From Candidatus Zixiibacteriota bacterium (GTDB taxonomy: Bacteria; Zixibacteria; MSB-5A5; UBA10806; 4484-95), in assembly GCA_012517955.1 (NCBI GenBank), contig JAAYTW010000051.1, positions 1 through 43,801 of the forward strand: DNA of 43,801 bases, written 5' to 3'. The translations under genes were made by a program, and so were the position numbers. Below the pieces are notes generated by a model, which saw only the letters and a program-made list of their open reading frames with translations, had not been told where the DNA came from and did not search any database. Positions 36,886 to 43,801 of this stretch are shown here, piece after piece. Position 1 is the first letter of the stretch. Every line of letters starts with the position of its first letter.

Positions 36886-38313
36886 ATGAGCGGCTTCAGA
36901 TATATCTTGTTCGCAATCATGTTTAGCCTGCTGATAGGAATTGGCGAGGCGGCCGCGGTCGATCTAGCGATTTGGGCCGATTACGCTTGCTTCAAATATT
37001 CCAATAGCGTCGAAAAAACCTACGTGGAAATTTACTATGGCCTTCTAAGGAATCAGTATGATTTCCAGCCGGATAGCACCGGCTATCATAGTTATGTAAA
37101 TCTAACCGCTATTGTTACTTCAGACAGCGGTCAGTTTGTCGATTCAAGTTCGTGGCGAGTCGGTCTGCGGGCCAATTCGCTGATGGAAGCGCGTACGGCC
37201 AACTATATCAGCAACGATATGTTTTCCGCTCAGCTTTCGCCGGGAAATTACAATTTGCTTATCAGGGCGTCGGCGATGACGGGCGGTGGCAGCGGAGAAA
37301 AATTGCTTAAACTTTCGGTTCCCGATTTCAACAAAAATTCTCTCTGCATGTCGCAGTTACAGCTGGCTTACAATATAGTCGATGCTGACGGCGGTCCGTT
37401 CGATAAGGGAGGCAAAAAAATAGTCCCAAATATCAGAAGGGTGTTTTCTCACGACGATAAAATCTTGTATTATTATGGTGAGGTTTATAATCTTGATACT
37501 TCAATATCCGAATTGACCGCCGCGATTAAAATTTATGACGCCAACGGTAACCTGTATAAAGATATATCGCCGTCAACCCAAACCATAACAGGCCGTTCGG
37601 CGGTTTTGCTCAGCGGTTTCAATATCACTGCCTTCCGCTCCGGCTATTACAGGATGGTGGTGACAGTGGCTCAGGGCGCGGATAACGCCTCGGCGGAGAA
37701 GTATTTCGAAATAACGCCCGGAAAAATCGAATATGAAATCGCCAAAGAAAAAGAACAACTGTCCGAGTATCCCGAAGCCGTAAACATAACCAGTGAGGCC
37801 GAAGCCAAGAAATTCCGCAATCAGATACTATATATCGCTTCTCGGGATGAGCTTAAGCAATATGACGCATTGCCGGTCGAGGGGAAAAATAGTTTTGCCA
37901 AAGCGTTCTGGCAAAAACGAGACCCCGATCCCGCTACCCAGATAAATGAATTTAAACTCGAACATTATCGCCGCTTCAAATATGCCAATGAAGCCTTTTC
38001 GACTTTTCAGGATGTCAATACTGAACCCAACGGTTGGCGTACCGATATGGGCCGAGTGTATATAGTTTATGGTTCGCCGTCAGACGAAGAAAATTATCCA
38101 TCGGCCTTGGAAGAAAAACCCTGGAAGCGCTGGAATTATGACAATATCCAAGGCGGCGTCTATTTTATCTTTGTTGATGTGGACGGCTATGGAACATATA
38201 AATTGGTTCATTCGACCGCCAGAAGCGAACCCAAAAACGAGGATTGGCCTTATTTGGTAAACCCCAATTTAAATAAAGATAGCAATCCCTCCTCAACATT
38301 GGATGGCAATTGA
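36886..38313 (+). CDS. Exported GWxTD-domain protein (paralog, unknown function)
   Basis: 475 aa with a signal peptide. C-terminal NGWRTDMGRVYIVYGSPSDEE (nt 38032-38046). Modules ending PGNYNLLIRAS and SGYYRMVVTVAQ. Confidence 0.8.
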   Translation: MSGFRYILFAIMFSLLIGIGEAAAVDLAIWADYACFKYSNSVEKTYVEIYYGLLRNQYDFQPDSTGYHSYVNLTAIVTSDSGQFVDSSSWRVGLRANSLMEARTANYISNDMFSAQLSPGNYNLLIRASAMTGGGSGEKLLKLSVPDFNKNSLCMSQLQLAYNIVDADGGPFDKGGKKIVPNIRRVFSHDDKILYYYGEVYNLDTSISELTAAIKIYDANGNLYKDISPSTQTITGRSAVLLSGFNITAFRSGYYRMVVTVAQGADNASAEKYFEITPGKIEYEIAKEKEQLSEYPEAVNITSEAEAKKFRNQILYIASRDELKQYDALPVEGKNSFAKAFWQKRDPDPATQINEFKLEHYRRFKYANEAFSTFQDVNTEPNGWRTDMGRVYIVYGSPSDEENYPSALEEKPWKRWNYDNIQGGVYFIFVDVDGYGTYKLVHSTARSEPKNEDWPYLVNPNLNKDSNPSSTLDGN

Positions 38314-38345
38314 CATAACCTCGCCGATTCATTATTTTTGCCGGC

Positions 38346-39092
38346 ATGATAACAGTAAAAAATCTAACGAAAGTATTTGAAGACAAGAAGCGCGGTCGTA
38401 TTGTGGCCGTTGATAATATCAGTTTCGAAGTCAATAGGGGCGAAATATTCGGCCTTCTGGGTCTTAATGGCGCCGGCAAAACAACCACGCTGCGTCTGCT
38501 GGCCACGATACTGAAACCGACATCCGGAACCGCCTCACTCGATGGTTTAGATGTCGTAAAGTCCCCCGAAAAAGCCAAGGCGAAATTGGGATTCCTAACC
38601 GGGGCTACTGGACTATACGCGCGATTACAGGCGCGCGAAATGATTCGTTATTTCGGACTGCTTTACGGGATGTCGGAAGCGGACGCCGACAAACGCACGG
38701 ATGAGCTTATCGCGATTTTCAATCTCAAGGATTTCGCCGCGGTGAAGTGCGATAAGCTGTCTTCAGGCAATAAGCAAAAGGTCTCGATTGCCCGGACTAT
38801 GGTGCATGACCCAGAAGTTATAATCCTCGACGAACCGACAGTTGGTTTAGATGTTATAACCAGCCGCGCGGTAGTTAATTTTGTCAACGACGAGAAAAAA
38901 CGGGGTAAAGCAATTATATTTTCCACGCACGTGATGCATGAAGCCGAGAAATTGTGTGACCGCATCGGCATCATTCATTACGGAAAAATCATCGCTGTGG
39001 GGACTCCCGATGAGCTGAAAACTATTACGCGATGCAACGATATGGATGATGTTTTCGTGAAATTAGTTGAGGATAACGGCAATGTTTCGTAA
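38346..39092 (+). CDS. ABC transporter ATP-binding protein (NatA/ABC-2 type)
   Basis: Walker A GLNGAGKTT, signature LSSGNKQK, Walker B VIILDEPT. Confidence 0.9.
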   Translation: MITVKNLTKVFEDKKRGRIVAVDNISFEVNRGEIFGLLGLNGAGKTTTLRLLATILKPTSGTASLDGLDVVKSPEKAKAKLGFLTGATGLYARLQAREMIRYFGLLYGMSEADADKRTDELIAIFNLKDFAAVKCDKLSSGNKQKVSIARTMVHDPEVIILDEPTVGLDVITSRAVVNFVNDEKKRGKAIIFSTHVMHEAEKLCDRIGIIHYGKIIAVGTPDELKTITRCNDMDDVFVKLVEDNGNVS

Positions 39093-40284
39093 TATAAAAA
39101 TCATTTACAGAAAAGAACTTGTGGATGTTATCCGTGACCGGCGGACCATTATCTCGATGATTGTGGTTCCGATTCTGATATTTCCCCTGCTGACTATCGG
39201 TTTCTCTGGCGTGATGGCAAACCTGATGCAAAAATCGGCTGCCGAAAAACATAAAATCGCCGTTATCAACAAAGATGATGCTCCCGATTTATACGCGTTA
39301 ATCGATTCATCATCAAAGGTCGAGATAGTCTCAACCGATATATCCGTGGATTCAGCGAAACAAGCAATCCTCGATAAACTGATAAGGGCGGCGATTATAA
39401 TACCCGACGATTTTTCCAAGAAATTGGCCAATGGCGAAACGACCTCGGTGCAAATACTATACGACGCTTCCGAAACCAAATCCGATTTTGCTCTCGAAAA
39501 GGTAAAAGACCTGGTGACCGGTTATAAGCTTGGAATATTGAATTCGCTCTTGGCCGACAGGGGGGTGGACCCAAGCTTATTGGAACCATTTTCCGTGGCT
39601 GAAACCAATGTTGCTTCAAAAGAGAAAATGGGCGGCTTGATTCTATCGATATTTCTGCCCTATATAATCATTTTATTGAGCATGCTTGGGGCGATGTACA
39701 CCGCCATTGATTTAACGGCCGGCGAAAAAGAACGCGGCACCCTCGAAACGATACTCGTCAGTCCGGTGCCGCGCTGGCAATTAGCCACCGGTAAATTCCT
39801 GACTATTTTGACCACCTCGGTCGTTTCAACATCGTTGGCGATTATCAGTATGTCGGCCACTATGCTTTATGGGATGCAATCCTTCGGAAGGATGGGAGAA
39901 GATATGGCGATTAATATCACGCCGTTGATGATATTGATAATTCTCTTGATGATGATTCCGACCGCTTGTCTATTCTCCGCGCTTTTGATGTCAATCGCCA
40001 TTTTCGCAAAATCGTACAAAGAGGCTCAAAGTTATTTATCGCCGCTTATGACAATAGTCATATTGCCGGCTTTGGTAGCTTTTCTGCCGGGAGTGGAACT
40101 TGATTTAAAACTCGCCTTCATACCCATAGTCAATATATGTCTATGCATAAAAGAATCGCTGATGGGACATATTAACTGGATTTACGTGGCAATTATATTT
40201 ATAACCACGTTTATTTACGCTTCTTTCGCGATTTTCGTGACTCATCGCATGTTTCAAAAAGAAAGCGTCCTTTTCCGCTCATGA
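39082..40284 (+). CDS. ABC-2 family permease (NatB-like, large extracytoplasmic loop)
   Basis: Track ORF 39067..40284. ATG 39082 preferred, as it follows GAGGA. TM1, a roughly 150-aa loop, then 5 TM. Confidence 0.75.
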   Translation: MFRNIKIIYRKELVDVIRDRRTIISMIVVPILIFPLLTIGFSGVMANLMQKSAAEKHKIAVINKDDAPDLYALIDSSSKVEIVSTDISVDSAKQAILDKLIRAAIIIPDDFSKKLANGETTSVQILYDASETKSDFALEKVKDLVTGYKLGILNSLLADRGVDPSLLEPFSVAETNVASKEKMGGLILSIFLPYIIILLSMLGAMYTAIDLTAGEKERGTLETILVSPVPRWQLATGKFLTILTTSVVSTSLAIISMSATMLYGMQSFGRMGEDMAINITPLMILIILLMMIPTACLFSALLMSIAIFAKSYKEAQSYLSPLMTIVILPALVAFLPGVELDLKLAFIPIVNICLCIKESLMGHINWIYVAIIFITTFIYASFAIFVTHRMFQKESVLFRS

Positions 40285-42080
40285 ACCAACAATCTTCAGA
40301 TCGCATATCAAACTATGACGATGGTCAGGCGCGGTCCATTTCAAATGCCGGCATTGAGCATTTGCTTATCGAAGCTTCGCATATCTTAAATTCTGACCTC
40401 GAACTCCAACAGTTACTTAAAAATGTGCTAAAAATCCTTACTGATTATCTCAATGCCGAGGCTTCCGCTATTTATCTTACAAGCTACGCCTCTGGTGGAC
40501 CGGAATTGTTTACGTTTACAGTCGATGGCAAAGTTATAAATAGACCTCACCCGCCGACCGAGGGGATAGGTGTGGCGGCGCGAGTCATTGAGACAAAATC
40601 GCCGTTGATGATTAATGATTTTAATTCTGAAGAAGCCCTTAAATGTTGTGTCGATGAAAAGTTGGGATTATCTTCGCGAAATCTTGTCGCCACCCCTATT
40701 TTCTATAAAGACCAACTTCTCGGAGTTATCGAAGTCGCTAATAAAAAGGATAAAACCGATTTTAGCGAGACCGATTTGACAATCATGAAAGCCCTGAGCG
40801 AACAAATCGGTCTGGCGATTTCGAACGCCGAGCTGATTCAAAGTCTCCGGAAAAAAAATATCGAAATCCAGAGCCTATATGAAGTCGGCAAACTTCTTTC
40901 GGGAAAACTTGAACTCGAGGAACTGCTTCAAATTATTATCGAACAAGTATTCAATCTGGTGAAGGCCCGATTGGCAACTATCTACTTGGTTGACCCCAAA
41001 GATGGTTCTATACGAGAGGTTATTTCAATGGGGGTACCCCCCGAATACGAATCGAAACTCACAATGAAGATTGGAGAAGGGATAACCGGCTGGGTAGCCA
41101 AAACCGGACAGGCCGCCGTAATAAATAATGTAGCGGAAAATCGCCATTATGTACCACTTCTGCCGGAAACGAAAAGCGAAATAGCCGTGCCGCTGTTATC
41201 TCGCGGAAAAGTGATAGGCGTTTTCAATGTCGAATCGGACCAACTCAACGCCTACTCCAGAGATGACCTGGAATTATTGCAAACATTCGCCAGCCAGGCC
41301 GCCATTTCAATTGAGCGTGACTTGTTGTATCGACAATCGCTGGAGCAAAAAGCTTTTAGGGATGAACTTGATATCGCCCGCAGAATTCAACAGACTTTCC
41401 TTCCCAAATCGGGGCCGCGTCTGTTGGATTATGATATCGCGGGTGTGAATATCCCCTCGGAAGCGGTAGGCGGTGACTATTACGATTTCATCGATATTGT
41501 CGAAAACCAATGCGGTATAGCGATTGCCGACGTATCGGGCAAAGGTATGGGGGCGGCTTTGATTATGGCCACATATCGAGCCTCATTAAAAGCCGAAATC
41601 CGGAATAATTTCGCAATCCGGACAATCCTGGCCAAAGTGAACAGCCTGTTATATGAATCTATCAACCGAGAAAACTATGTTACGGCCGTTTATGGAGTGC
41701 TTGATATTCGAAATCATATATTCACCTACTCCAACGCCGGTCATCCACCACCATTGCTTTTCAAAGCAAACGGCGAAGTCCAGGAATTAACTTGCGGCGG
41801 TTATGCCGTTGGTATGTTTTCCGACTCAACATATGAAGAAGCATCGATATATATGGGTCGGGATGATATTATGCTTATGTACACCGATGGGGTTACGGAA
41901 GCCCGCGATGAACGGGGCGAAGAATTCGGAACCAATCGCCTGCGGGAGTTGGTCTTGCAGTCACGGAACCTGTCGGCAAAAGAAATTCTTGATAAAATTG
42001 TCGATTCCGTCAATAAATTCAGAGATTCCAGTCTTGAGGCGGACGATTTAACTATGATTTTGATAAAATCTATCAAATAG
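40281..42080 (+). CDS. GAF-GAF-PP2C (SpoIIE/RsbU-type) serine phosphatase
   Basis: 599 aa. Two GAF-like modules. The PP2C/SpoIIE part has GGDYYDF, IADVSGKGMGAALIMA, YSNAGHPPPLL and LMYTDGVTEA. ATGA overlap with the permease stop. Confidence 0.85.
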   Translation: MNQQSSDRISNYDDGQARSISNAGIEHLLIEASHILNSDLELQQLLKNVLKILTDYLNAEASAIYLTSYASGGPELFTFTVDGKVINRPHPPTEGIGVAARVIETKSPLMINDFNSEEALKCCVDEKLGLSSRNLVATPIFYKDQLLGVIEVANKKDKTDFSETDLTIMKALSEQIGLAISNAELIQSLRKKNIEIQSLYEVGKLLSGKLELEELLQIIIEQVFNLVKARLATIYLVDPKDGSIREVISMGVPPEYESKLTMKIGEGITGWVAKTGQAAVINNVAENRHYVPLLPETKSEIAVPLLSRGKVIGVFNVESDQLNAYSRDDLELLQTFASQAAISIERDLLYRQSLEQKAFRDELDIARRIQQTFLPKSGPRLLDYDIAGVNIPSEAVGGDYYDFIDIVENQCGIAIADVSGKGMGAALIMATYRASLKAEIRNNFAIRTILAKVNSLLYESINRENYVTAVYGVLDIRNHIFTYSNAGHPPPLLFKANGEVQELTCGGYAVGMFSDSTYEEASIYMGRDDIMLMYTDGVTEARDERGEEFGTNRLRELVLQSRNLSAKEILDKIVDSVNKFRDSSLEADDLTMILIKSIK

Positions 42081-42107
42081 TAATTAAGGCCGTTCACTTA
42101 TTCGGTT

Positions 42108-42259
42108 GTTATAATTTATAACATTGTGAATTTGCGCTCTATATATTTCATTGATTATATACTTATTTTTAATACAATCCAAGGCCTATGGTTATAAATA
42201 ATAACATATAAGTGAGAAGCACTTTATATAAATTTCTTAATGTTCTTATAACTTGTTAT
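42108..42259. promoter_or_regulatory. Cluster of GTTAT/ATAAC inverted repeats (candidate enhancer/UAS sites)
   Basis: GTTAT-AATTT-ATAAC at 42108-42122, GTTAT-AAATA-ATAAC at 42191-42205, and everted ATAAC-TT-GTTAT at 42248-42259. They lie about 50-190 bp upstream of the sigma54 element. Confidence 0.3.
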
Positions 42260-42299
42260 TTATCAATTCATTATAAAATTTTATAGCACTTTGTATTGG

Positions 42300-42315
42300 T
42301 GGCACATCAATTGCT
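42300..42315 (+). promoter_or_regulatory. Sigma54 (RpoN) -24/-12 promoter
   Basis: TGGCAC-ATCAA-TTGCT matches the consensus TGGCAC-N5-TTGCW exactly in the core and in GG-to-GC spacing. Intergenic, correctly oriented, 180 nt upstream of the ECF sigma ATG. Confidence 0.55.
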
Positions 42316-42359
42316 ATGATATATGGCAGTTTGCTTCTCTCCCCTCAGTTACTTTGGGT

Positions 42360-42411
42360 GGGGGCTGTCTGGCAAGGACGGCCCCCTTCTTAAGAAAGAC
42401 TGGAAGAAGGG
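42360..42411 (+). promoter_or_regulatory. Structured 5' leader: two overlapping hairpins upstream of the ECF sigma gene
   Basis: GGGGGCTGTC (42360-42369) pairs with GACGGCCCCC (42377-42386), 10 bp including one G-U. CCCTTCTT (42384-42391) pairs with AAGAAGGG (42404-42411). The two helices share 3 nt and so compete. Confidence 0.35.
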
Positions 42412-42493
42412 AACAGAAAAGTGAAAAAAGCGATTACCGAAATTAATCAACAAAACAGGACATCAAACAACGCATAAGAAGGTTGGGTTTGTC

Positions 42494-43066
42494 ATGGAAA
42501 ACGCCGCTCAACTCAATCCTCGTGTGGCATTTGAACAAATGGCGGTGGAATACCGCGAACAGCTGCTTCGTTACGCCTTGTCTCTTACGGGAGATCAATC
42601 AATTTCGGAAGACTTATTGCAGGATACCTATTTAAAGGCGTTACGGGCTTTCGGCATGTTCCGAGTCGGTTCTAATTTCCGAGCCTGGATTAATAAAATA
42701 ATGTTGAACACTTTTATAAATTACTACAACCGAAATAAGCGGAGCCCTCTCGATTACGGACTTGAACTGTACGATCACGAAGCGACCGGGGAAACCAACA
42801 AAAGGTCGCAAACCGAATTCTATGTTAATCTCGATGAATCGAGTTTGCTCGATTATTTCACAAGCGATGAAATCAGGAAAGCATTACTAAGCCTGTCGGC
42901 CGATTACCGCAATTGCATTATCATGGCCGATATGATGGGGCTGACTTATCGGGAGATATCTTACTTAAGCGGTTGCCCGATGGGGACTATCCGTTCACGA
43001 CTTTCTCGTGCCAGGTACATGCTCAAACGCAAACTGCTTAAAGCTGGATTCGCATCGGCAAGCTAA
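42494..43066 (+). CDS. ECF-type sigma70-family RNA polymerase sigma factor
   Basis: 190 aa. Region 2 has DLLQDTYLKALRAF and FRAWINKIMLNTFINYY. Region 4 HTH has TYREISYLSGCPMGTIRSRLSRAR. Confidence 0.85.
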   Translation: MENAAQLNPRVAFEQMAVEYREQLLRYALSLTGDQSISEDLLQDTYLKALRAFGMFRVGSNFRAWINKIMLNTFINYYNRNKRSPLDYGLELYDHEATGETNKRSQTEFYVNLDESSLLDYFTSDEIRKALLSLSADYRNCIIMADMMGLTYREISYLSGCPMGTIRSRLSRARYMLKRKLLKAGFASAS

Positions 43067-43120
43067 ACCGTTCATTCGAATCTCGCAAAAGGCGAACAAA
43101 TCTGAAAAAATCTTTTCGTC

Positions 43121-43151
43121 AGGGCAATCCAAAAGGGTTGCCCTTTTTTTG
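43121..43151 (+). terminator. Rho-independent terminator after the ECF sigma gene
   Basis: AGGGCAA(TCC) AAAA (GGG)TTGCCCT stem of about 10 bp, followed by TTTTTTT. Confidence 0.75.
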
Positions 43152-43209
43152 TTGAATATATTTTCGGAATAACGGATATTTGATCGTGCGTTATAACTGG
43201 CAGATTCCG

Positions 43210-43801
43210 ATGTTTATTTATTGGAAAAACCTCGTTTCAGCTTTTCTAATATTTTTGGCCGTTGGCCTGGCGGCAGAAATAGCGTTTGCCGATACCCACA
43301 AAAACGAAGCAGTATCTGGCAATTCTAAGCTTCAAAATACCGATTTTTATTTGATGGTAACCAATGTGCGAGTTGATATTACTCGATTTTGCGCCGATGA
43401 AAATTTAGTAACAGCCCAAACCAAAAAAGTCCGGATAAAAAAAGTGTATACCCCAAAAAGCCCGGTCATGGCATGTGCCCTTGGGATATTTCCGGGCGTG
43501 GCGGTTCATGGAATGGGGCATTTTTATATCGGCAAAGGGAAAACCGGTTCGCTTTTATTGCTCTTGGAAGGCCTTTCGATTGCCATGAGTACCGCCGCTA
43601 TAGATGTAAACGAAGACGGCCGCGATAATTCCAATGGTGTGGCCGGAACCTATGGATTACTACTTTTCTTTGGTTCGTGGGTGTATGATTTTGTGGGGGC
43701 TCCGATAAAAGCAAACAAAATGAATAAAGAGCACGCAGTTTCGCCGGTTATTTCGATAGAACCGTCTCGCCATAAAACAATCTTGAAACTCTCGGTGGCG
43801 A
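43210..43801 (+). CDS. Partial (3'-truncated by window end) membrane/secreted protein of unknown function
   Basis: Not in the ORF track because it has no stop. My manual translation from ATG 43210 reads MFIYWKNLVSAFLIFLAVGLAAEIAFA... and stays open to 43801, with two further hydrophobic segments. An alternative GTG start lies at 43186. Confidence 0.45.
   Translation, partial: MFIYWKNLVSAFLIFLAVGLAAEIAFADTHKNEAVSGNSKLQNTDFYLMVTNVRVDITRFCADENLVTAQTKKVRIKKVYTPKSPVMACALGIFPGVAVHGMGHFYIGKGKTGSLLLLLEGLSIAMSTAAIDVNEDGRDNSNGVAGTYGLLLFFGSWVYDFVGAPIKANKMNKEHAVSPVISIEPSRHKTILKLSVA

Noticed and set aside
42322-42336. A second sigma54-like sequence, TGGCAGTTTGC, just downstream of the main -24/-12 element.
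   Set aside because: The GG-to-GC spacing is 7 nt and not the required 11, so it cannot be a functional -24/-12 element.
43210-43801. The partial membrane protein downstream of the ECF sigma as its cognate anti-sigma factor.
   Set aside because: A strong terminator (43121-43151) separates the genes. The N-terminus looks like a cleavable signal peptide, not a cytoplasmic anti-sigma domain, and no HxxxCxxC zinc motif is present.
1-43801. CRISPR arrays, transposases/IS elements, integrases, prophage genes, toxin-antitoxin pairs, reverse transcriptases and known defence-system genes.
   Set aside because: I saw no direct-repeat/spacer periodicity, and no ORF has the corresponding catalytic motifs. 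The only AT-rich compositional outlier (42081-42300) is explained as a regulatory intergenic region.

Overview
This is a 43.8-kb gene-dense chromosomal window from a diderm (Gram-negative-type) bacterium, shown by TonB/ExbBD, TolC, beta-barrel OMP and lipoprotein signals. By eye I found no rRNA, tRNA, CRISPR array, transposase, integrase or phage genes. All calls come from motif recognition and manual base-pairing; no database search was run.

Layout:
(i) 0.2-9.9 kb: rsgA, a small TPR protein and a beta-helix lipoprotein. A minus-strand accessory run follows: HDOD protein, YprB/MrfB-like DEDD exonuclease, HEAT-repeat protein, a 612-aa secreted protein with about 12 GNDxY solenoid repeats, a 286-nt gap holding a four-helix nested inverted-repeat element, and a lysozyme-like protein.
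(ii) 9.9-16.1 kb: housekeeping block rplM-rpsI and rpsB-tsf-pyrH-frr-uppS-cdsA, with a UbiA-family prenyltransferase start-stop coupled to cdsA.
(iii) 16.1-22.9 kb: NlpC/P60 peptidase, a TolB-like lipoprotein, and a YbhGFSR-like exporter (HlyD adaptor, two ATPases, two ABC-2 permeases).
(iv) 22.9-28.7 kb: TPR protein, unknown 4-TM protein, exbB-exbD-exbD-tonB, and a beta-barrel OMP.
(v) 28.8-42.1 kb: one co-directional 11-gene operon. Order: Yip1-like, TolC, MacA, MacB-type ATPase, two FtsX permeases, two GWxTD-domain proteins of unknown function, NatAB-like ABC-2 exporter, GAF-GAF-PP2C phosphatase.
(vi) 42.1-43.8 kb: AT-rich region with a consensus sigma54 promoter and upstream palindromes, a long leader, an ECF sigma factor, and a partial membrane protein.

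Best candidates for undescribed biology:
- the GWxTD pair embedded between two exporters;
- the overlapping solenoid / HEAT / exonuclease gene trio;
- the four-helix intergenic element at 8741-8887;
- the sigma54-driven ECF sigma gene.

I see no recognisable defence system. The novelty claims are hypotheses.
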